Assembly: GCA_963674695.2 (NCBI GenBank) | Contig: CAXXGI010000002.1 | Location: 224,001-288,000 of the forward strand | Source: a bacterium | Lineage (GTDB): Bacteria > UBA10199 > 2-02-FULL-44-16 > JAAZCA01 | Direction: 5' to 3' | Length of the DNA stretch: 64,000 bases | Shown here: positions 55,640-64,000 of the stretch, one piece after another | Layout of the letters: every line of letters begins with the position of its first letter | Numbering within the stretch: position 1 is the first letter of the stretch | Notes under the pieces: generated by a model | Seen by the model: the letters and a program-made list of their open reading frames with translations, nothing else | Databases searched by the model: none | What the model was told of the DNA's origin: nothing | Made by a program: the position numbers and the translations under genes

Positions 55640-56125
55640 CTAATTTCCACGATTCTCCGGCGGAAAGATCAGATCATCCAACCAGCGTTGGCAGGCCTCG
55701 ATCGCCTCGGCGGCGTTTGCCACCGGGTGCGCATCGGCGATCTCCCAGCTGGAGATAGCAAAGACCGGCTTGCCGAGTTTTCGCGCCACCGCGATCTCCG
55801 AGAGCGTGCCGAAGCCGCCGCCGACGGCGATGAGCATGTCGGCGGTGTGCGCGATGATGCAATTGCGCGCGTGCCCCATGTTCGTGACGATGGGGATCGT
55901 GACGAAGGGGTTGGCTTCTTCGGCATGTGGTCCCGGCAGGATGCCCACGACCACGCCGCCCGCCTCATGCGCCCCACGGCTGGCCGCTTCCATCACGCCC
56001 GTGAGTCCCCCGGTGACGAGGGTAAATCCCGCTTTCGCGATGAGCGTGCCCACTTCAAAGGCGTGATCGGCGAGATCGGCTGAAGCATCTGCGGTGCCGA
56101 TGATGGCGACGATGGGTCGATTCAT
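55640..56125 (-). CDS. LOG-like Rossmann-fold protein (TIGR00725 type)
   Basis: TGGLTGVMEAASRGA, GILPG, ARNCII and GGGFGTLSEI motifs; AAGGAGG RBS. Confidence 0.88.
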   Translation of the reverse strand: MNRPIVAIIGTADASADLADHAFEVGTLIAKAGFTLVTGGLTGVMEAASRGAHEAGGVVVGILPGPHAEEANPFVTIPIVTNMGHARNCIIAHTADMLIAVGGGFGTLSEIAVARKLGKPVFAISSWEIADAHPVANAAEAIEACQRWLDDLIFPPENRGN

Positions 56126-56152
56126 GAAAACCTCCTTCAAGGCGCGATGGGT

Positions 56153-57301
56153 TTACGTCGATGGGCGGCGGTGACGCCACGCCGTCAACCGATCGAAGAG
56201 TTTGATCCCCAGGCTGCGCCGAATGTCGATGGCGCGATGCGGACAGACCTCGTGGCAGCAGAAACAATCGACGCATTTGTCCTTGTCGATCTGTGGCGCT
56301 TCCTTTTCGTCCGGCCAGGCGATCGCCCCGACCGGGCACGCCTTCACGCAGAGCCCGCAACGTCGGCACCGAGAGGGCGCGATGCGCGGGTGTGCGGAGA
56401 AGTTCAACCAGATGAGCTTCATCACCAGACGCGAGAGCCACCAATCGCGCGCGCCGCTGCCGACTGTCGCCGGGAGCCGGAACGGCTGCGCGCCCGTCGT
56501 CTCTCCCACGATTACGATGGGGTCGTCCTCGCTCCAGATGCCCAGGGTGTGCGCCGCTGCGAGTGTGTCGATGCGCATCGGATCGACGCCGATGAGCCGA
56601 CAGCAGGCGGCGTCGACCGCATGGACGTTCGTGCCGACCACGATCCGCTGCAGATCGACGAGCGCACCCGCCGACGGCCCGTTCCCCTCCATGGCGATGA
56701 TGCCGTCGACGATGGTGAGCGCCGGACGTACCGCCTCGGCCACGCGCACCAACATTCGGGCGAACGCATCCCGCTTCGGATGCTGCCGGTGCAGGCCGGC
56801 CTTTTGCATGCCATTGATACAGCCGAAGCAGTTCTTCACCGCCAGCGTCATGACGGTCAGGCTGTGTGTCTTAAACTTCGGCAGGTTGATGACGAAATCG
56901 GTCTCCACCACCGCGCGCGCGATGGCGATCTCATTGCGTGTCGTGCTTCCGCTCGATTCGAATCGGATCGCCCGGGCGCCCGTCTCGCGGCAGACCCGAT
57001 CCATTTCGGTGACCTCCCAGACGAGGTCGAGCGGATGCACGCCGTTGGGGGAGTCGCCGAGGGCCACCTCGGCCGCGCCCGCCTCCTGAAAGAGGCGCAC
57101 GCAGGCGGCGACGAACCGCGGATCGGTGGTCACCCCCAGTGCGGGCGGAAAGGCGCCCAGGAGGTTGGGTTTGAGCAGGACGCGTTTGTTGCGGACGGCG
57201 GCGAGATCGAAATCGGTCAATTTCACCGCGCGGCGAATGGACGCCGCAAGCGAACTCGCTTCGTAGTTCGACTGTGCGATGGAGGCGACCCGATGCGACA
57301 T
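56153..57301 (-). CDS. DUF362-domain protein with C-terminal 2x[4Fe-4S] ferredoxin
   Basis: VLLKPN, INLPKFKTH, DGIIAMEGNGP; CRRCGLCVKACP and CVDCFCCHEVCP. Confidence 0.9.
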   Translation of the reverse strand: MSHRVASIAQSNYEASSLAASIRRAVKLTDFDLAAVRNKRVLLKPNLLGAFPPALGVTTDPRFVAACVRLFQEAGAAEVALGDSPNGVHPLDLVWEVTEMDRVCRETGARAIRFESSGSTTRNEIAIARAVVETDFVINLPKFKTHSLTVMTLAVKNCFGCINGMQKAGLHRQHPKRDAFARMLVRVAEAVRPALTIVDGIIAMEGNGPSAGALVDLQRIVVGTNVHAVDAACCRLIGVDPMRIDTLAAAHTLGIWSEDDPIVIVGETTGAQPFRLPATVGSGARDWWLSRLVMKLIWLNFSAHPRIAPSRCRRCGLCVKACPVGAIAWPDEKEAPQIDKDKCVDCFCCHEVCPHRAIDIRRSLGIKLFDRLTAWRHRRPST

Positions 57302-57352
57302 GGGCCGATCATGGGCGAAGGAATCGACAACGTCAACTCGATCGTGTCTCCA

Positions 57353-59935
57353 TCAGAAGGCGTACGCCCCCATCATCGCTGCGCCTCCGGTCACGAAGGG
57401 CAGCATGCCGTCCATGACGCCTTCGGGCATGGCGCTCGCCTCGATCGGCATTGGTTCGTGCAGTATCATCGCGCTGTCGGAACCGGCGACCCACGCTTCC
57501 ACGGCGGCATCGGTTGTCACCTGCTCCACGACGAGTGGTTCGCGGGCGATGAAGGGTTGCGCCCATGTGCGTGCCTGCGTTCCGCCGTTTGTCACGGGCG
57601 GTGCGCCGTTCGGCGATGGCTCGGATGATCCCGTCGGCGGTGCGCCGTTTGATCCATTGCCTCCACCGCCGTTGCGGGGGGGATCTCCATCGAATAGCGG
57701 CGGGCGTGGCTGTGTGCCGACCTCCTGCGTCACTTGATTCATCAACGCGATGAAGGAGAAGGGGAGCATGCCCATGGCCAGGTCTTCGGCGTTCTCTCCA
57801 TTTCGCTTCACCTCAAAGAACGTCGCGCGAATGGGGTCCTCGAGCAGCAGCCATGCATTGATCGCCGTGATCGCCCGCTGCCGGAGGATGGGGGGATAGT
57901 AGGCCAGCGGGGAGTTGAGCTGGGTCAATTGGTGCATTGCGCGAGCGACATCGTATCCCTGATGCCGATCGACGTGGCCATCCCGATTGGTCCAGGGCGT
58001 TTGGCTCGCTTCGAGCGGAAGGCGTGCGTCGGTTCCCACGCCGAGTGCGGTCTGAAGAAAATCGATAAAGCTATCGGGAATGCCGCGATGGTGCTGCGCA
58101 TGCGATGGCTTGCCGTTTCGTTTCCAGAAGGCGCTTTTGAGTTCACTCGAAATTCCCTGCCAGATCGCCAGGAGTCGTTCGGCGCGTGCGTCGACGATAT
58201 GGAACGGGGCCTGCGTGAGAAGGGAATGCCGTTCGCGCAGGCGATGATAGACCAGCGCGCGCTGTTCAACGTCTTTGAGTTGGCGCAGGCGCGATCGGCG
58301 AAAGAGGCGGATGAACTCGAACGGGAGCGCGCCGTCGGCCATCTCTTCGGCGACATCGACGAAGGCTTGGCGGTCATCCACTTCGAGCGTACTCCAGAGG
58401 TGGATGATCTTGTCCGCGGCATACTCGATTGTCTTCGGTGTCACCCATTTTCCCGTGTTGGTGCGTGCATCGGTTTGTGCCGAGGTGTGTGCCCGCGTTT
58501 CAATTTCATAGAGCGATTTTCCAAAGATGTTTTGTGCGAGCTGATCCTGAACGGTCACCGGATCGGGGGCGATGACATATTCGGCTGCCCAGACCTTGGT
58601 CGATTCGGCCAGCAGGTCGAACATGTCTTCATTCTTGAGATACTTCTCGGAGAACCGCTCGATAAAGCCGAAGGGCAGCTTTCCCTCCGTGGGGCGTTCA
58701 TCGTCGATGACCATCACGTATTGATCGAGCGGAGCTTGTTTCTTCCACTGTTCGACGGCGAAGAAACTCATGTAGCGTTGCACCAGATGGGGGAGCGCGA
58801 TGAAGCGTTCGCCGCGACGCTCATAGCGGTCGCTGTGAATGAGTTTGGCCAGCTGCTTGAAGGCGACATTCGCACGGGGATTGATGCTGGCCAGGGTGTT
58901 GTGAATATCCTCATCCGTCGGTCGGAAGGCGGCCATTTGTGTGTCCGAGGAGGATCGCCCAGGTCGAATCAGGATGGTCGTCGAGGAAGAGGGGTTCGTC
59001 GTCGGCAGGGCCGCATTTTGGGCGGCCTCTTCAAGCTCTGGATCCTTCGGCGGTTGTTGGCCGCGCAGCCATCCGAGCGTGAAGACATATTTCAATGTGC
59101 GGCCGAGGCTCGGCAGCGTGCGGCCAAAGAAATTTCGTGTGGCGCGGCTGAAGGTGCTGATGCCTTGGTCAAAGTTCTCAGCGCCCCTTCCTGCAGCCCT
59201 GGCGTGATTGCCTGCGGTGCTGATGGCCTTGATGACCTTGACGATGATCCAGACGATGAGCCCCAGTCCGAATCCAAAGCCGCCGCCGGTGCCGAAGCTC
59301 CACCACGGGTATTTTTTCTTCTCCTCCTCCTTCACTTTCTCACAGAGCAGAGACAGGTCGGCCAGGTCCTGCGCCCGCTTTCGGTCGAAGGTACAGGTAT
59401 TGGCTTCGTCGCATTCGTACATGATGTTGCAGCTATGCTGCATGGATTGGTGCACGGCCAGAATGTTCTGTTCCAGGTTCTGACAGTGCGATTGCATCGG
59501 TTCGATGGAGGTGCTGATGTTTTTCGAAAAGGCCTTCATCGCCGTTCGATAGCGTTTTCGTGCCGTCAGCGGCAGCGATTGCGCGATGATCTTTTCCGCA
59601 TCGACTTCATGGAGGTGGCATTCAGCATGGGGGAGCAAATCGGCAATATCGCTGGCCAGCGTTCCACAGCCGCTGGTGCTGTACCAACTTAAATAGGCAT
59701 CGCTCAGTGCGGTGATCCCTGGGACGGACGGCTTTTCATCGCTGCCCGGATAGACCAGGCGGGTCATCTCGGTGTCGTGTCCGTTGGAGATAACGGGCCA
59801 GTCAGCCGGGTTGCTCGCGCAGAACTCGTCGTCGCGACAGCTCTGCAGGCTCTCCGAGCAGCAGATGATCGGCTTGAGTCGTTCCAGGAAATCCTTGCCG
59901 ATCGTGAGGGAAATGAGGGGGCGGGATTCACTCAT
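57353..59935 (-). CDS. Large orphan single-TM protein with Cys-rich N-domain and four helical repeats
   Basis: AGGAGG RBS; TM segment FGFGLGLIVWIIVKVI; four W...G.LPF.FI repeats; Gly/Pro linker and hydrophobic tail. Confidence 0.8.
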   Translation of the reverse strand: MSESRPLISLTIGKDFLERLKPIICCSESLQSCRDDEFCASNPADWPVISNGHDTEMTRLVYPGSDEKPSVPGITALSDAYLSWYSTSGCGTLASDIADLLPHAECHLHEVDAEKIIAQSLPLTARKRYRTAMKAFSKNISTSIEPMQSHCQNLEQNILAVHQSMQHSCNIMYECDEANTCTFDRKRAQDLADLSLLCEKVKEEEKKKYPWWSFGTGGGFGFGLGLIVWIIVKVIKAISTAGNHARAAGRGAENFDQGISTFSRATRNFFGRTLPSLGRTLKYVFTLGWLRGQQPPKDPELEEAAQNAALPTTNPSSSTTILIRPGRSSSDTQMAAFRPTDEDIHNTLASINPRANVAFKQLAKLIHSDRYERRGERFIALPHLVQRYMSFFAVEQWKKQAPLDQYVMVIDDERPTEGKLPFGFIERFSEKYLKNEDMFDLLAESTKVWAAEYVIAPDPVTVQDQLAQNIFGKSLYEIETRAHTSAQTDARTNTGKWVTPKTIEYAADKIIHLWSTLEVDDRQAFVDVAEEMADGALPFEFIRLFRRSRLRQLKDVEQRALVYHRLRERHSLLTQAPFHIVDARAERLLAIWQGISSELKSAFWKRNGKPSHAQHHRGIPDSFIDFLQTALGVGTDARLPLEASQTPWTNRDGHVDRHQGYDVARAMHQLTQLNSPLAYYPPILRQRAITAINAWLLLEDPIRATFFEVKRNGENAEDLAMGMLPFSFIALMNQVTQEVGTQPRPPLFDGDPPRNGGGGNGSNGAPPTGSSEPSPNGAPPVTNGGTQARTWAQPFIAREPLVVEQVTTDAAVEAWVAGSDSAMILHEPMPIEASAMPEGVMDGMLPFVTGGAAMMGAYAF

Positions 59936-60252
59936 GACGCCCTCCTTTCGAGGTGAGGCACCGAGGGATATGCACAAGATGGATTGGATAGAGGGGGGAA
60001 TGGCAGGGTGTAGAAATCACCCGTGCCGGATTGCTGAATGTGAATACAGATGGGAGCGACCGCGAGGGAGGTGCCTCCGGGAGGCTGAGCCGTCATACGC
60101 GGAGGAGGTGGTAGTGGCGGGAGAGAAGAGGCCTCGCCTGGGGGAAGCGCGGTCATGCGGGGCGTCATGATCTTGTGGTCGGATGAAGGCGGAGAGGGTC
60201 TCCGGAACACGTGAACGGCGCCAACAGCATGTGTCTTCGTCCCGACAGACAT
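59932..60252 (-). CDS. Possible Pro-rich small protein coupled to the large orphan
   Basis: ATG after AGGGGG; stop overlaps the downstream start (ATGA); low complexity. Confidence 0.35.
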   Translation of the reverse strand: MSVGTKTHAVGAVHVFRRPSPPSSDHKIMTPRMTALPPGEASSLPPLPPPPRMTAQPPGGTSLAVAPICIHIQQSGTGDFYTLPFPPLSNPSCAYPSVPHLERRAS

Positions 60253-60335
60253 GGCGGCCCCCCTGGGCATTTGTGTGGTGTGTGCGACTCCATTAAGCGG
60301 AGACAGTGATGCGTGATCAGCGTTCGCCTTTGCGT

Positions 60336-60351
60336 TGCATGCAGAATGCCA
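60336..60351 (-). promoter_or_regulatory. Possible sigma-54 promoter
   Basis: Reverse strand TGGCAttctgcaTGCA gives GG-N10-GC spacing; AT-rich DNA upstream. Confidence 0.35.
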
Positions 60352-60541
60352 CTTCAGATGGGCATGGACAAGAATGGAACTGGTGGGTGAAAAATGAATA
60401 CCCATTTGCAAATTGCATGCTAAATTGAATGGTTATGGGGGGGTTGTCGTATAATGGTTTGAAATTGCACGATAATCTTTTTTGACGTGGTCGCAGGGGG
60501 GGTGAAAATTCTTGAAAGAAAAAGACAATTTTCCAGAAAAA

Positions 60542-60952
60542 TCACTCCGTTGGCGTGGCTTCGGGGGGGGAGGTGATCTTTCGCAGGGTGATGATGAAGC
60601 CATCGCGGCGATCCGTTCGCGTCTGGAGGTCGAAGCGGTTTGCGGCCAGGCTCGTGATGTCGGCCATGAGCGCATCGGTCGTTCCGGCGAAGCGTCCGCT
60701 GTAGACGATCTGGTTCTGGCTCTCGCGAAGGGGGATGAACTGCCGCATCGGTTTGAGTTGCTTGAGGCTGCCCGTCAGGGCGTCGATGTCAGTGTAATGG
60801 CGAGTTCCCAGCAGGACGAGCGTAAACGGAATGGCCGAGGTCGAAACCGTTGCCGAGGTGGAGACGATCGGTTTGGTCGGCGTCTGTGCGGAAACTGGAG
60901 TTGCGACGATCAGGCAGATAGCACAGGCGATGGCAAACGTGAGGGATTTCAT
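60542..60952 (-). CDS. Secreted hypothetical protein
   Basis: Sec signal ending VSA; GAGG RBS. Confidence 0.7.
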   Translation of the reverse strand: MKSLTFAIACAICLIVATPVSAQTPTKPIVSTSATVSTSAIPFTLVLLGTRHYTDIDALTGSLKQLKPMRQFIPLRESQNQIVYSGRFAGTTDALMADITSLAANRFDLQTRTDRRDGFIITLRKITSPPEATPTE

Positions 60953-60960
60953 GGATACCT

Positions 60961-61188
60961 CTAGGAGACGACGATGGAAAAGGATTCGATGCGCTCCACG
61001 TCGATCATCGCGCGATCCTCATCGTCGACAATGATGATGTTGCCGTTGTCCACATCGACCGATTCGAGCGTGCCGGAATAGGCGATGCCGAAGGCGATCA
61101 CGTCGACGCGCTTGCCCTTCGCATCGATGAGCGCCTGCATCAGCGCATCTTCTTCAATGGAGAAATCGAGATCGATGAGTTCTGTCAT
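60961..61188 (-). CDS. Small acidic protein, possible Sm/LSm-like fold
   Basis: GKRVDV..YSGTLESVD..NIII pattern. Confidence 0.6.
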   Translation of the reverse strand: MTELIDLDFSIEEDALMQALIDAKGKRVDVIAFGIAYSGTLESVDVDNGNIIIVDDEDRAMIDVERIESFSIVVS

Positions 61189-61260
61189 GCGTTGGATTCC
61201 TAGTCGAAGCGTGATACCAGGTCAAGCGCGCACCTGGCGCGGGGGTTTGTGCGTGCGCGA

Positions 61261-62280
61261 TCACGTCATGATCGCTCGCAGCTCCTCTTTGAGCGGCATC
61301 GTGCAGAGTTCGCGGACCGCCTCTTTCGGTTTGAGCCCTTCATAGAGAATGCGATACATGACGGCGCAGATGGGCGTGTTGATCTGACGATGCACGGCAA
61401 GCCGATGCAGGGCCGCCGTCGTGGTGATGCCCTCGGCGATCATCTGCATGCCGGATTGGATCTCCTCCAGCGCTTTTCCCTGCCCCAGTTCCAGGCCGAC
61501 GCGATGGTTGCGCGAGAGTTTCCCCGTGCAGGTGAGCACCAGATCGCCGATTCCAGAGAGTCCCATAAAGGTGAGGGGGTTGGCTCCCAGCGCGCGACCG
61601 ATCTTGGTCATCTCGTAGAGTCCGCGTGTGATGATCGCCGCACGCGCGTTGTGGCCAAACCCGAGTCCATCGGAGAGGCCCGCCGCGATGGCGATGACGT
61701 TCTTTACCGCTCCGCCCACCTCGACGCCGATCACATCGTCGTGCGTAAAGGTGAGGAAGGCGTCGGTGCGAAATGCCTCCTGAACGGTGCGACAGGTCGT
61801 CGCATCGTCTCCGGCGATGACCACCGACGTCGGAAGGCCCTCGGCCACCTCCTGGGCGAAGCTCGGCCCCGACAGGACGCAGAGGTGCGCATGGTCCAGG
61901 GCGGGGAGGGACTGGTGCAGGACCTCGCTCATGAGCGTGAATCCCTTTTCCTCGATCCCCTTCGTGCAGCTGACGATGATGGCCCTTCGGTCGAGGTGGC
62001 GCGCACCCTCCTGCCAGACGCGGCGCAGGGCGATCGAGGGGACGACCGAGATGATGAGCTCGCGCCCGGCCAGGGCATCGGAGAGCTTCGTCGTCGCCCG
62101 AATCGATTCAGGCAGCTCGATTGCGGAGAGGTAGAGCGGGTTGCGATGGGTGGTCTCGATGCCCTCGGCCACCTCCGGCTCGAAGGCCCAGAGCAGGACA
62201 TCGTGCCCTTTGTCCGCGAGCAGGCGTGCCAGGGCCGTACCCCACGATCCGGCACCGATGATGGCGATTTTGTGTGGCAT
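61261..62280 (-). CDS. gpsA: NAD(P)H-dependent glycerol-3-phosphate dehydrogenase
   Basis: GAGSWGTALA, KGIE, SGPSFA, GGAVKNVIAIA and GDLVLTC..SRN motifs. Confidence 0.97.
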   Translation of the reverse strand: MPHKIAIIGAGSWGTALARLLADKGHDVLLWAFEPEVAEGIETTHRNPLYLSAIELPESIRATTKLSDALAGRELIISVVPSIALRRVWQEGARHLDRRAIIVSCTKGIEEKGFTLMSEVLHQSLPALDHAHLCVLSGPSFAQEVAEGLPTSVVIAGDDATTCRTVQEAFRTDAFLTFTHDDVIGVEVGGAVKNVIAIAAGLSDGLGFGHNARAAIITRGLYEMTKIGRALGANPLTFMGLSGIGDLVLTCTGKLSRNHRVGLELGQGKALEEIQSGMQMIAEGITTTAALHRLAVHRQINTPICAVMYRILYEGLKPKEAVRELCTMPLKEELRAIMT

Positions 62281-62339
62281 GGCGGCGATAGTATGTATAA
62301 TTAGCTAAAATTAAAAGGGTTTTTTTAATGTGCGAAGTG

Positions 62340-62366
62340 CGCAACTTTTTTCTGTCCGTGCCGATA
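62340..62366 (+). promoter_or_regulatory. Putative sigma-28-like promoter upstream of PilZ
   Basis: cgcaacttttttctgtccgtgccgatag, CGCA-N18-CGATA spacing. Confidence 0.65.
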
Positions 62367-62418
62367 GATAGGGTGAAACCGCTTGTGTCTACGACCCGGT
62401 TTCGATAAGGGAGGAAAC

Positions 62419-62739
62419 ATGAAGGAACGCCGTCGCTATCCGCGACTCGACATCGATCTCCCCGTCATCCTTCGTCACGATGGGCGCTTCATCCCCGCCA
62501 CGATACTCAACTTGAGCTGTGGCGGCATGTGCATCCGCACCGACGGTGCCGATCTCGTCGCCGACAAGCCCGCCGAAATCATCTTCGATCTGGGTGAGGA
62601 CAACCGCGATCTCTCCCTGCGCGGAGAAATCGTGCGGCGCGATGCCGATGATTCATCAAGCGCAGGCATCCAGTTTACCAACCTCTTCTCCGAAGGATAC
62701 ACGGCCGTCCAAGAATACCTCCGCACGCATTTGAATTGA
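62419..62739 (+). CDS. Single-domain PilZ (c-di-GMP receptor) protein
   Basis: ERRRYPR (RxxxR) and NLSCGG ((D/N)xSxxG) motifs; GGAGG RBS. Confidence 0.92.
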   Translation: MKERRRYPRLDIDLPVILRHDGRFIPATILNLSCGGMCIRTDGADLVADKPAEIIFDLGEDNRDLSLRGEIVRRDADDSSSAGIQFTNLFSEGYTAVQEYLRTHLN

Positions 62740-62766
62740 AACGCATTTCTTGCAGGTTGCTGATGC

Positions 62767-62864
62767 TGTCATTCCCGCGAACGCGGGAATCTCGCTTTTT
62801 TCGGCACATCGAGATCCCCGCTGGAGCCTGCCCTCGAATGATTGAATCGGGGGCGGGGATGACA
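62767..62864. repeat. Composite REP-like doublet
   Basis: Carries the same loop insert as the 26971 copy, in reverse orientation. Confidence 0.85.
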
Positions 62865-62882
62865 ACAGCACGGAATCTTTCC

Positions 62883-64000
62883 TCACTTGCTGTATTGAGC
62901 TGTCTGTAATCTCTTTTTCTTCTGTCTGGCCACGATCCTCTCGATCTTTGTGATCGTTTCGCTCATCAATCGGGCGGCGGCGCGGATCGCGTCGGGCTTG
63001 AGTGGGTCGATGCCTGCTTTGCGCAAAACTTCAACTGGGTTGGCGGTGACCGGCGACTGGAGCATGGCGAGATAGCGATCGAGTGCGGGCTTTCCCTCCG
63101 TGCGCACCTTCTCCGAGAGCGCGATCCCGCTGGCCAGACCCGTGGCGTAGGTGAAGACGTAGTACTTCCAGTAGAAGTGCGGGATGTAGGCCCATTCGAT
63201 CTCATCGTCTGAACCGATCGTGAAACCGGAGCCGTAGTAACGGCGCACGAGATCGCGATAAGTGGTGTTGAAGAGCTCCGCCGTGAGCGGTGTGCCGGCC
63301 TCGGCATACTCGTGGATCTTCTTTTCAAACTCCGCAAAGAGCGCCTGCCGATAGATCGTCGTGCGGATCGATTCGAGCTGGTTGCCCAGGAGATAGAGCG
63401 ACATCGCGTCGTCGTTCTCATATTTTTTCAGCAGATAGTCGGTGAGCATCGCCTCGTTGAACGTCGACGCGATCTCGGCCAGGAAAGAGGAGTAGCCGAA
63501 ATTTACTGCGGACTGTGTCTTCATGTTCAGCGCGCTGTGCATGGCGTGGCCGAATTCATGCGTCGTCGTGAAGGCGTCGTCGATATCGTTCTGGTAGTTC
63601 GTCTTGACGTAGGGATGTGTCCCCCAGAAGGAGGCCGAAAACGCGCCACTTTCCTTGCCCTTGTTCGGATAGACGTCGGCCCAACCGCTTCCGGGCTGGA
63701 TGCCTTCGGAGAGTTTCCCGAGATAGGCTTTCCCCATGGGTTTGAGCGAGGTGAGGATGTCGCCGACGGCGTCGTCATAGCGGATGGTGGTGCTCACCGA
63801 AGGGACGAGCGGCGTATAGAGGTCGTAGAGGTGCAGATCCTTCACTCCGAGGAGACGCTTGCGCAGGGCGACGTAGCGGTGCAAGGGTTTGAGGTTCGCG
63901 TTGATCGCCCGGATCATCGTGTCGACGACCTTTGGATCGACGTTCTCTCGGTCGAGATAGGCATCGATGGCGCGGTCGTAGTCGCGGACTTTGGCCAGCG
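62883..64000 (-). CDS. pepF: Oligoendopeptidase F (M3B), 3' part; start lies beyond the window
   Basis: GKESGAFS, HPYV, HEFGH, AEIAS, RQALFAEFE and WAYIPHFY motifs. Confidence 0.93.
   Translation of the reverse strand, partial: LAKVRDYDRAIDAYLDRENVDPKVVDTMIRAINANLKPLHRYVALRKRLLGVKDLHLYDLYTPLVPSVSTTIRYDDAVGDILTSLKPMGKAYLGKLSEGIQPGSGWADVYPNKGKESGAFSASFWGTHPYVKTNYQNDIDDAFTTTHEFGHAMHSALNMKTQSAVNFGYSSFLAEIASTFNEAMLTDYLLKKYENDDAMSLYLLGNQLESIRTTIYRQALFAEFEKKIHEYAEAGTPLTAELFNTTYRDLVRRYYGSGFTIGSDDEIEWAYIPHFYWKYYVFTYATGLASGIALSEKVRTEGKPALDRYLAMLQSPVTANPVEVLRKAGIDPLKPDAIRAAARLMSETITKIERIVARQKKKRLQTAQYSK

Overview
GC-rich bacterial chromosomal window. The split atpZ-atpI-atpB-atpE F0 operon, iorAB, hpnH and PilZ suggest a deltaproteobacterial-type lineage (inference only). 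Housekeeping and peptide/amino-acid catabolism genes (cdd, peptide MFS transporter, tnaA, Lon-like protease, ADP-forming acyl-CoA synthetase, iorAB, ade, queF, purC, gpsA, pepF) are interleaved with many orphan genes. I saw no rRNA, tRNA, CRISPR array, transposase, integrase or reverse transcriptase. Four signals stand out. (1) A cluster of modular, signal-peptide-less, Cys-rich and Lys-rich paralogues (24.4-38.2 kb) mixes two N-terminal domain types with different C-terminal domains and surrounds a caspase-like/thioredoxin/helical-repeat gene. (2) A GCA-N18-CGATA (sigma-28-like) motif with identical spacing lies upstream of six genes, including the first genes of these paralogue units and PilZ. 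(3) Two families of dispersed intergenic elements have a conserved structured core closed by a 23-35 bp inverted-repeat stem whose sequence differs at each copy. (4) A four-helix-bundle (23S rRNA IVP-like) gene flanked by 39-bp inverted repeats sits between iorA and iorB. Start codons were adjusted by eye using RBS position; product calls rest on motifs recognised by eye, not database searches.
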